Virus record (IMG/VR): IMGVR_UViG_3300046522_000748
DNA length: 64,000 bases
DNA from: a virus
Taxonomy: Duplodnaviria > Heunggongvirae > Uroviricota > Caudoviricetes
Direction: 5' to 3' (one strand)
The translations under genes and the position numbers were made by a program. Below the pieces are notes generated by a model, which was given only the letters and a program-made list of their open reading frames with translations, did no database searches and had not been told where the DNA came from. The stretch's first letter is position 1. Every line of letters starts with the position of its first letter. This document shows positions 57,005 through 64,000 of this stretch, one piece after another.

Positions 57005-57387
57005 GGGTTGCCTGCGTTCGGGTTTGCCGAGTAATTGATGATCGGATTGCGCATTACCATCTGAAGGTTTTGGTAGTGACTGATCCATTCGGCGGCAACG
57101 TTGTTCAGCTCATTCGTCAGCATCGCTACAGCCTCTTCCACACACGACTCCTCGCAATAGGTGAAGCGCATCAGGTGTTTGGTGTCGTCGCACAGCGAAT
57201 GTGGGGCCATGACCGTCTCAAGCTTGATATGGGCGTTGTTCCACATCAAAACGTAGTGCGCATCGGTTCGCCGGGCAAAATACGGCTGCACACTGATCAC
57301 GAAATCCTCGCTGCCATTTTCCCCAGGCGTAGCCGAGACGTAGCAGAGGACGACGGGAAAGTCTTCGCGGTTCTTCTTGGCAGTCAT
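57001..57387 (-). CDS. Hypothetical protein
   Basis: Behind promoter 57421-57459. Confidence 0.6.
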   Translation of the reverse strand: MTAKKNREDFPVVLCYVSATPGENGSEDFVISVQPYFARRTDAHYVLMWNNAHIKLETVMAPHSLCDDTKHLMRFTYCEESCVEEAVAMLTNELNNVAAEWISHYQNLQMVMRNPIINYSANPNAGNP

Positions 57388-57420
57388 GGCATTCGCTCAC
57401 AATCGGTACTTTATTCGATT

Positions 57421-57459
57421 ATTATACTAGCGCCACGGATGATTGTCAATGTATCTGAC
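57421..57459 (-). promoter_or_regulatory. sigma70 promoter + operator
   Basis: TTGACA-N17-TATAAT; gtcaatgtatctgac. Confidence 0.85.
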
Positions 57460-57472
57460 TTAGCTGAACAGG

Positions 57473-57916
57473 CTATTCTGCCTTGAGTAGTTGAACACTC
57501 ACAAACGGGATATCATCGCCTCGATGACATGTGTTTTCGCCGTTATCTTTAATGATTTGCACGAAATTTTTGCAGAAATCTTCTGCTCGCCGCTGAATTT
57601 CCAGCAATTGCTCTTCAGATGGCGCAGTTTCAACCAAAAATTCCACAGAACTGTGCATTCGGAATTCGGTGCTGTACCGTATCGCCACTTTGCGTTGATC
57701 GACGTATTCGTCACGCGTGTAGGGTACATCCAACAGGTTGTCCTCCCACCACTCCAGGAGCTTGTTACTTTGATTGAATTTTTTTCTGACGCCCGCGCCA
57801 TACCAGATGTCATCAGAGATGCCGGTGATGTAGGCACACATATGGCGTTCAAAATTGCCGGTATAGGCACCTGTATTGACTACTACCAAATGGTTTTCCA
57901 TATCAATATCTCTCAT
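57473..57916 (-). CDS. Hypothetical protein
   Basis: TGAYTGNFERHMCAYITG; directly downstream of RNA/terminator. Confidence 0.7.
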   Translation of the reverse strand: MRDIDMENHLVVVNTGAYTGNFERHMCAYITGISDDIWYGAGVRKKFNQSNKLLEWWEDNLLDVPYTRDEYVDQRKVAIRYSTEFRMHSSVEFLVETAPSEEQLLEIQRRAEDFCKNFVQIIKDNGENTCHRGDDIPFVSVQLLKAE

Positions 57917-57947
57917 TTTAAGTTTGGCTAAAGTGCTGAATTTATTG

Positions 57948-57978
57948 AAAAAAAGAAACCACCGTTTCCGATGATTTC
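57948..57978 (-). terminator. Intrinsic terminator
   Basis: GAAAUCAUCG-GAAA-CGGUGGUUUC-U7 on minus strand. Confidence 0.85.
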
Positions 57979-58137
57979 GTTTTAGTCTTGCTTTGCCCGC
58001 TGCGTTGTCAGTACCCCTAGGTGCGCTATAACCGGCATCGCTGACGGCACTGGTCTTCGCGGTAAAGATAGAACCACACTAGCCCCATCGGTGTTCCATT
58101 TAAGGAATTCAGCGATCAGGACGGCTCAAAGCAAGGA
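57948..58137 (-). ncRNA. Structured RNA (sRNA or riboswitch/attenuator candidate)
   Basis: 9-bp closing stem 57987-57995/58127-58135, 8-bp inner stem 58037-58044/58109-58116, own promoter and terminator, no ORF. Confidence 0.7.
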
Positions 58138-58141
58138 TTAC

Positions 58142-58180
58142 ACTATGGCAATCAAATTCTGTTTTGTCAATATTATTGAA
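58142..58180 (-). promoter_or_regulatory. sigma70 promoter + operator (1 mismatch)
   Basis: TTGACA-N17-CATAGT; gtcaatattattgaa contains upstream stop. Confidence 0.75.
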
Positions 58181-58856
58181 TGGCCATATTTTCGGTCGTG
58201 TGAATCTGTGCAATTGTCCCGAAAAGCCGCATATCAATGGCCAGCGCCTCAGCATGAGCCTCCATGATCTCCATTTGGATCATTACAGTGTGCAGACTCG
58301 ACAAGGCGACGGTCAGGGCTCCCTGGATGTCGCCGAACCGGTCGGTGAAGACGGTGCCGCGTGACAAATCAGCGAACGTGCCGCGAACAGCGCAGATGTT
58401 GTCACGCACGGCGCTGATCAACTTGCTCGACGGAGTGTCCATATCCACACCTTGCCAAGGATCAACCGTGGCGTTGTCGGCCATGGACTGCCTTTCCTCG
58501 CGGGTAAAGGCTTTGTCAGGCAGTATCGCCGGTTCGTACGGCGATGGCCCTGTGTCTCGGCAGTGCTGCTCGTAACGCTCCAGCTCTACCATAACGTTGT
58601 CCAGGCTCATGATGCTGCAAGTCATCAGGCCCACGTGGGGCTCAAGACGTTGCGTCAGCAGAGGGATCAGCTCCCGAAGAACATTCAGTTGGCTCCGGAT
58701 TTTTACAATGCTGATTATTCCGCCTTGAACCAAGTGGCTCACGGGTTTTGAGAAATCAGTGCCCCAAATCGGGCGTTTTTTGTAGTTGATGCGATCCTGC
58801 CACTGACCTTCCGAAGTGGGTTTACCGCAGCAATCACACTTGAGTTGCTTTGACAT
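58173..58856 (-). CDS. Hypothetical protein
   Basis: 227-aa ORF. Confidence 0.6.
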   Translation of the reverse strand: MSKQLKCDCCGKPTSEGQWQDRINYKKRPIWGTDFSKPVSHLVQGGIISIVKIRSQLNVLRELIPLLTQRLEPHVGLMTCSIMSLDNVMVELERYEQHCRDTGPSPYEPAILPDKAFTREERQSMADNATVDPWQGVDMDTPSSKLISAVRDNICAVRGTFADLSRGTVFTDRFGDIQGALTVALSSLHTVMIQMEIMEAHAEALAIDMRLFGTIAQIHTTENMAIQ

Positions 58857-58925
58857 GACAATTCCTTGAGAAAAGTGCGTTGAGGCCTGCCTATTTGTAA
58901 TTGGTAAGCCTCAGAAAAAGGGCAT

Positions 58926-59303
58926 TTAGTCGTCTGAGTCTTCGTTGGGACGCACGGTGAGCATTGGCTCCGCGTCAAAGCTGGCAAGCATTTTGGCATA
59001 GCTGGCAGCCAGATTTTCGGCCTGCTTCTTAGCGCCAGCCAGAACGTAGGCTTTCGCTCCTTCAAGCTGATCTTCCGTGCAGTGAACATACCGCGAAATG
59101 GAAAACTCATTCTGATCGGATTGCAGCAACATCAAGGAGTTGAGCTTGATTCGCTCGCCTGAAAACTTGATGTAGTTGCTTGCAGTTTGCTTGACCTGAA
59201 AGCTCTTCACGGTGAGCCGTGGGCACTTGTCATCGGACATGACGTTGACCGACACGCGGTACAGCGTCAGTGGACATTCTTTCAGGATTTGTTCATTGAT
59301 CAT
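58926..59303 (-). CDS. Hypothetical protein
   Basis: Behind promoter 59339-59377. Confidence 0.65.
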   Translation of the reverse strand: MINEQILKECPLTLYRVSVNVMSDDKCPRLTVKSFQVKQTASNYIKFSGERIKLNSLMLLQSDQNEFSISRYVHCTEDQLEGAKAYVLAGAKKQAENLAASYAKMLASFDAEPMLTVRPNEDSDD

Positions 59304-59338
59304 CAGGGCGTCTCGATGAATAAATAATTTATTGGGTG

Positions 59339-59377
59339 ATTATACTGATCAAGCGCCCAAATGTCAATCGTGCTGAC
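59339..59377 (-). promoter_or_regulatory. sigma70 promoter + operator
   Basis: TTGACA-N17-TATAAT; gtcaatcgtgctgac, 1 nt from upstream stop. Confidence 0.85.
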
Positions 59378-59378
59378 A

Positions 59379-59918
59379 TCAGGAGTCCATGAATGCTTTG
59401 GATTCTTTAACGCTACACAAATCCATGATCGGGCCTTGCATCGACGATGGTCTGGTCAGCGAAATCCTTGCGCGCCCCTCAAAGCCGTTGTGCTCATCGG
59501 CCCGCTCAAACCATGCGTAGCCCTGGATCACAGGATTAAATGCCTCAGAGCGGCTTTTGACGACGGGAGCGTCGATTTTCTGCGTGATGTTCTGGCTGGT
59601 GAGAAATTCTTGCGCACGGCGAGCCCAATTTTGCTGTTCTGGTCGTGTCGGCTCCCGGAATTTACCGTCATCCTGCTGCATCATGGTCACGGCCATTTCC
59701 TGCAAAAGCGCCATTGCTCCCAAATACGCATCTTCCTTGGCCTCATGCTCATCTTCTGTCACCAGTCGCGCTTGCACGACGCGGCTGCCAAGGTCTTTAA
59801 GTTTTTCCCAGCCTGGAACCTCTTGCATGCTTTCTTCAACAGCATCCATGGTGCTCTTGCAGGTATATGGCAATAGCTCGCCAAGATCGTTCACAACAGC
59901 GGCGCAGAGTTTATTCAT
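59379..59918 (-). CDS. Hypothetical protein
   Basis: 179 aa, GAGG RBS. Confidence 0.65.
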   Translation of the reverse strand: MNKLCAAVVNDLGELLPYTCKSTMDAVEESMQEVPGWEKLKDLGSRVVQARLVTEDEHEAKEDAYLGAMALLQEMAVTMMQQDDGKFREPTRPEQQNWARRAQEFLTSQNITQKIDAPVVKSRSEAFNPVIQGYAWFERADEHNGFEGRARISLTRPSSMQGPIMDLCSVKESKAFMDS

Positions 59919-59935
59919 AATGACCTCAAATATTG

Positions 59936-59957
59936 AAAGCGCCCCTAAGGGCGCTTT
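59936..59957. terminator. Hairpin terminator after antiporter gene
   Basis: aaagcgccc-ctaa-gggcgcttt. Confidence 0.7.
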
Positions 59958-59975
59958 GTCTTAGTTGTTGGTGGT

Positions 59976-61157
59976 TTACAGTCCCAAGAAACATAGCATG
60001 ATGAAGGTCATAAAGATCACGAAGTGTGTCATGCCTTCGATGGCGTTAGTTTCACCATCACTCACGTTCATGCCTGCCACTACAAGTGTCACGCCGAGCA
60101 TCAGACCTTGCACTGGAGTCAGCGCCATTTCGATATCCTGGTTATTGAAGAGTGCAATGGCTTCAATAACTGGAACTGTCAAAATAACCGTAGAAAGAGT
60201 GGCGCCTAGTGCAATGTTAATTACGACCTGATATCGGTCTTTCATCGCCGCTCGCATCGCCGTAAGCAACTCTGGGCTTGCAGAAATACTGGCCACTACT
60301 AGGGCAGCGAATATTGGTGGCAAACCAGATCCTTCAATACTTACGCCCATCGTTTTTGACATAATTTCAGCCAAAATACCTGTCCAGACAATGCCAACAA
60401 CCATCATCATGATTGAAAAACGTGTGCTTTCGTGCTCGAATTCCTCATCATCTTCAGGGCTTTCGACTGCAATCACACGTTTTTCAGCTTTTGCTTGTTC
60501 TGCTCGTTTCTTTGCTTCGTGCTTTTCATAGTTATAGTTGAAAAAATAACTATGTTCTTTGGTTTGCATGCGCAGAAACAAGGCGTAGAGCAGAATCATA
60601 GTGCCAATGGTGAAAGCGGAATAAACCTTCCATTGACCTGTTGGAAGAAACGCTGGGACAGCCATCGAAATGGCAATCGCCGTAATGATCATGACAACGT
60701 AAACCCGACCGGAATCGTGGTTGTAAATTTGCTCGCCATGTTTAAGGCCACCAACTAGCGCGGCAATACCCATGAGCGCGTTACAATCGATCATCACCGC
60801 TGCGTAAATAGTGTCACGAGCAAGTGTTGGGGATGGCGAATGTTGCATCATAATTGCCAAAATGACAACTTCCACCAGTACTGCGGCAAGGGTCAAAATC
60901 ATTGTTCCGTAGGGGTCGCCTACTTTCTCGGCGAGCACTTCCGCATGGTGCGCAACCCGAATCGCAGTTGCGATAATGGCCCCCACTAGAATGACGGTTG
61001 CCAGACCAGCCACGCCTTTTCCATGGCTTACCAGCATATGCTCAAGAGGATATGCGATCAGCGCAATCAGCGCGGACAGAATAATCAACTTCTCATTGAA
61101 GATTCGTTGATAAATCGATGGTGCTACCCCCAGGATGGGGGCGTTGGCGGTATGCAT
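59976..61157 (-). CDS. chaA: Ca2+/H+ (Na+/H+) antiporter, CaCA family
   Basis: ~11 TMs; HAEVLAEKVGDPYGTMILTLAAVLVEV; SASPELLTA..AA; NAIEG..HF. Confidence 0.9.
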   Translation of the reverse strand: MHTANAPILGVAPSIYQRIFNEKLIILSALIALIAYPLEHMLVSHGKGVAGLATVILVGAIIATAIRVAHHAEVLAEKVGDPYGTMILTLAAVLVEVVILAIMMQHSPSPTLARDTIYAAVMIDCNALMGIAALVGGLKHGEQIYNHDSGRVYVVMIITAIAISMAVPAFLPTGQWKVYSAFTIGTMILLYALFLRMQTKEHSYFFNYNYEKHEAKKRAEQAKAEKRVIAVESPEDDEEFEHESTRFSIMMMVVGIVWTGILAEIMSKTMGVSIEGSGLPPIFAALVVASISASPELLTAMRAAMKDRYQVVINIALGATLSTVILTVPVIEAIALFNNQDIEMALTPVQGLMLGVTLVVAGMNVSDGETNAIEGMTHFVIFMTFIMLCFLGL

Positions 61158-61180
61158 TTTATGTCCTTTGTGTTGGATGC

Positions 61181-62221
61181 TTACTTGGATTTTGAGTTTT
61201 CGTATGCGGTTTTGATGTCTGCAACAATCGTGTCTTGATCGGTGTTCATGACATAGCCTTCAAATTCACTCTTTGAAGCAAATCGCGCTTTGAATTGGGT
61301 GATGAAATCACCCAGCTCCTTGCGCTCATAGCCAGTGATCTCACTGATCAGATGGCCGTTGAATTTTTGCTGGCAGTCCTTCTGGCGCTGAATAACCGAG
61401 AAGATAGCGTCAAACTCGACTTTCGCAGCCGGGAACAGCTCCCACAGGTTTTCCCGTAGCGCTTGGCTGTAGGGGAACCAGTTAAAACGCTTGTGTTTTT
61501 CAGGGTGAGCATCCACCCATTCAATGAAATTCATGTAGCCTGGGCGCTTGAGTACGCCTTTGCGGTCGGCCTCGTTCAGGCGATCAAGACTGAAGACTTT
61601 AGGGTGAAAGCCTTTCCACTCGGAGAAAAATTCGTAGATTTCTTCAAGGTTGTTGAAGCCTTGGCTCCAGCGGTCAGCATCCAGGCACAGGTACTCCAGA
61701 GCGACTTTGAAGTCTCGGGTGAGCATCACCCTTCCCAGCTTGTTAGTGCCTTGCTTGACGCTGTAGGAAAGCCCATTGATGCCAATGCTTAGGCCCATCC
61801 GCGACGTGACTCGCAACAGAATGGTGGATACGTCATTCCACGACAGGTAGCTCACAGCAAATTGCAGTGCTTCGTCCTTTACGCAGATCAAATCAAGCTG
61901 ATAGGCCTTTTCACCATCGATCAGTACGCAGTTCACCATATTGCCGAATTTGCGAAACTCGATCTTTTCAACGCCCAGCTCTTTGGCCAGACGGTGTACC
62001 AGCTTGTCCGGATTGCCACCAAAGCTGTCGTGCGGCACTACGACATCGATATCGCCGTGGTCAGTCTTATCCCGGCAGCTTGGCACCAGCACCGCTGATT
62101 CGGTAGAACCCAAAGAATTCAGGGCCGCGTTGATGGCTTCCAGCGCCTGAGTGGACACACGTTCATATGTGACCTGATCCAGTCGGGAGACGCCGAATTT
62201 TTGAAGTGCCTTGCCGCCCAT
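61181..62221 (-). CDS. Pol-beta-superfamily nucleotidyltransferase-like protein of unknown substrate
   Basis: MGGKAL...VPSCRDKTDHGDIDVVV...YQLDLI (GDxD plus third Asp). Confidence 0.65.
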   Translation of the reverse strand: MGGKALQKFGVSRLDQVTYERVSTQALEAINAALNSLGSTESAVLVPSCRDKTDHGDIDVVVPHDSFGGNPDKLVHRLAKELGVEKIEFRKFGNMVNCVLIDGEKAYQLDLICVKDEALQFAVSYLSWNDVSTILLRVTSRMGLSIGINGLSYSVKQGTNKLGRVMLTRDFKVALEYLCLDADRWSQGFNNLEEIYEFFSEWKGFHPKVFSLDRLNEADRKGVLKRPGYMNFIEWVDAHPEKHKRFNWFPYSQALRENLWELFPAAKVEFDAIFSVIQRQKDCQQKFNGHLISEITGYERKELGDFITQFKARFASKSEFEGYVMNTDQDTIVADIKTAYENSKSK

Positions 62222-62253
62222 TGGGTGACTCCGAATGCCTGATTTAGTCTGCT

Positions 62254-62281
62254 ATTATACTCACCCCTCATTTTTTGTCAA
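62254..62281 (-). promoter_or_regulatory. sigma70 promoter, palindrome incomplete
   Basis: TTGACA-N16-TATAAT. Confidence 0.7.
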
Positions 62282-62395
62282 TGCCAAAAACATAATGATT
62301 GGGATGTCAGCAAGCATTTCGAATTAGGCGTTTTCTTTGAATTGGCATATTGAGCAAATGCGCCCATGTGCCCAGCGCTGCCTTTATGGTTCCGC

Positions 62396-63502
62396 TCAAC
62401 CAAACGCCCCAGCGCGATAGAGTCTTTCCAGATTGTGGGCTGGCCTAAGGTGCTTCTCCGTGCGATTCAAGAAGCTGCTGATGGAACCATTGCTCAGTGA
62501 AAAGCAGCAGTCTGGCCGGACATCGCGCTGGGTAAGCATGCTGGTTGAGGTGGTAGTAATCAACACTTGGGCTGATGACTCAAGCGCACGCTGAAAAGTA
62601 GGGCCTGAGGCTAGATGATGAAGACCGTCCATGTCATCAATGAAGATGAACGATGCCTGCTTGCGCTCTGACTCCGCTGTCTTCATCCAGAAAAAGAAGG
62701 TAATCAGCGTCCTTACCCCAACTGAGGTGTTGCGCAGCAAATTCATGGTTTGGTTGCCAATTCGCTGCCCTATGAATGCTTGGCCTTCCAAATTTTCTGC
62801 GGTCAAGCGGTAGCTCAGCCCGCACTCACGCAGGAACGAGACTAGCTCATCGAGCCAGCCATTTTTCAGGATAGCGGCGCCAAGGTCTCTTCTCCCCTGG
62901 GTAAACCCAATGTAAGAATTGACATCGACTGCGCTGAAATACAGCATATTTTCGACGAAGCTGATGAATTTCTTAAAGCATTCATTCGCCGGGGTTTTTT
63001 CGAGCAGTGAGTTTTTGTGAATGTATGAGGCGATTGAAATGGTGGAGCTGGAAAGATCTCGCTTCAAGTGCTCGGCACCATCTGCAAGGATGGTGGCGCC
63101 TCCACCAAAACGGCGATCAACTTCCGCGTAAAGGCCCCCATCGATTATTATGCGTTCGTACACGAGATCTCCGGGTGCCGAACGAGCGTACGCATAGGTC
63201 AGATCCTGATCATCAAATCGGAATTGATAGGTGAACTCCATCATCTCGGCCCCACTGCCGAGGCTCATGTCAGAATCGTGACTGCCAATTACGTGACTAT
63301 CCGTAAGGTGGCGAGTCAGGTCGAAGATGGCCATACCCAAAGCGGTTTTTCCTGCACCGGAGTTGGCGAGGACAATGCCAGTCTTCACCAGCCGATTCGT
63401 AACCGACGCCTCGCTGAAATCTTGGCGACCCACAGAGCCGAAGTCCAAAAACAACATTTCATCAAAGCATCGAAATCCGGTCGCGGTGAAATAATGGAGC
63501 AT
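62396..63502 (-). CDS. AAA_15/AAA_21-like ABC-type ATPase (degenerate)
   Basis: GFRCF N-terminus; Walker A LANSGAGKT; signature SVGVR; Walker B IFIDDMD; HNLERLY tail. Confidence 0.75.
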   Translation of the reverse strand: MLHYFTATGFRCFDEMLFLDFGSVGRQDFSEASVTNRLVKTGIVLANSGAGKTALGMAIFDLTRHLTDSHVIGSHDSDMSLGSGAEMMEFTYQFRFDDQDLTYAYARSAPGDLVYERIIIDGGLYAEVDRRFGGGATILADGAEHLKRDLSSSTISIASYIHKNSLLEKTPANECFKKFISFVENMLYFSAVDVNSYIGFTQGRRDLGAAILKNGWLDELVSFLRECGLSYRLTAENLEGQAFIGQRIGNQTMNLLRNTSVGVRTLITFFFWMKTAESERKQASFIFIDDMDGLHHLASGPTFQRALESSAQVLITTTSTSMLTQRDVRPDCCFSLSNGSISSFLNRTEKHLRPAHNLERLYRAGAFG

Positions 63503-63545
63503 GGCTAGATTCTCAAGATTTTAGGACATTCAAAAGTGTTGCCTT

Positions 63546-63584
63546 ATGGTACGCATCCAAAAGGCACTTGTCAATATCATTGAC
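63546..63584 (-). promoter_or_regulatory. sigma70 promoter + operator
   Basis: TTGACA-N17-TACCAT; gtcaatatcattgac (same 15-mer as 10320). Confidence 0.8.
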
Positions 63585-63613
63585 CGCATTTGCCGCGAAT
63601 GGGGGTGGATAAA

Positions 63614-64000
63614 TCAGTCCTGGTGAATCCTGATTGAGCCAACACCTTTATTTTTCTTTCTCACATTTTCAGGCTTGCCATAAACATCAATGGTTCCACA
63701 ACCGGTGTTGCGGATGTCCGCTGTCCCGCTGACCGAAACGTTGATATCCCCCGGCCCAGAGTATGAAACCTTCAAATTTCGACTTAACAGTTTCTTTGCG
63801 TGAAGACTGCCCGCACCATCATGATGAATATCAAGCTCGCTGGTGCTTCCTTTGATGCGAAAATCTCCTGGCCCACCATGCTCGATTTCTGTTCGATGAC
63901 TTTTCATGCCTTCAACGCGCAGGTCACCTGCTGCAATGTGGACAATCTTTAGATGGGTCGAACTGCCTTTAATGTAGAAATCCCCAGGCCCGTCTTTTCT
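63614..64000 (-). CDS. GIN-domain (DUF2807-like) beta-helix protein, 3' part
   Basis: Frame open to window edge; GPGDF.IKG repeats; SGPGDINV...GCGTIDVYGKP...GVGSI. Confidence 0.8.
   Translation of the reverse strand, partial: RKDGPGDFYIKGSSTHLKIVHIAAGDLRVEGMKSHRTEIEHGGPGDFRIKGSTSELDIHHDGAGSLHAKKLLSRNLKVSYSGPGDINVSVSGTADIRNTGCGTIDVYGKPENVRKKNKGVGSIRIHQD

Noticed and set aside
1165-63584. FleQ, Anr/Fnr or LexA boxes as the repeated palindrome
   Set aside because: Spacing and sequence differ (FleQ GTCA-N6-TGAC, Anr TTGAT-N4-ATCAA, LexA CTGT-N8-ACAG); all copies here are N7.
1-64000. CRISPR array, integron attC sites, IS elements, tRNA/rRNA genes
   Set aside because: No regularly spaced direct repeats, GTTRRRY/RYYYAAC-bounded hairpins, transposase/integrase ORFs or cloverleaves found by eye; tRNAscan-SE and CRISPR finders would confirm.

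Overview
64 kb of a large (~50% GC) mobile replicon, most likely a Pseudomonas megaplasmid (MvaT-type H-NS homologue, DUF2388 protein, SSB; no virion, replication or conjugation genes in the window, so a large phage/phage-plasmid is not excluded). About 85% of ~105 mostly short, mostly hypothetical genes lie on the minus strand. Recognisable products: LysR + NADP-dependent oxidoreductase pair, SSB, small heat-shock protein, Lar-like restriction-alleviation protein, Ham1-like pyrophosphatase, two nucleotidyltransferase-fold proteins, metallophosphoesterase, two membrane-anchored Mrr-type nucleases, MvaT, Stealth-family phosphotransferase, PEP-utiliser His-domain fusion, GNAT, oligoribonuclease, Thg1-like protein, ChaA antiporter, degenerate AAA ATPase, GIN-domain protein. 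Two layers are not explained by the ORFs. (1) At least 20 near-consensus sigma70 promoters are overlapped at -35 by the same 15-bp palindrome GTCA-N7-TGAC (16 exact), pointing to a dispersed single-regulator regulon of small gene cassettes. (2) There is a set of unclassified structured RNAs: two homologous ~210-nt copies with compensatory base changes and a third RNA between orn and thg1 (53.0-54.1 kb), plus a promoter- and terminator-bounded ~190-nt RNA at 58 kb with possible riboswitch logic. No tRNA, rRNA, CRISPR array, transposase or integrase was seen. All calls are by eye and from memory of family motifs; no searches were run.
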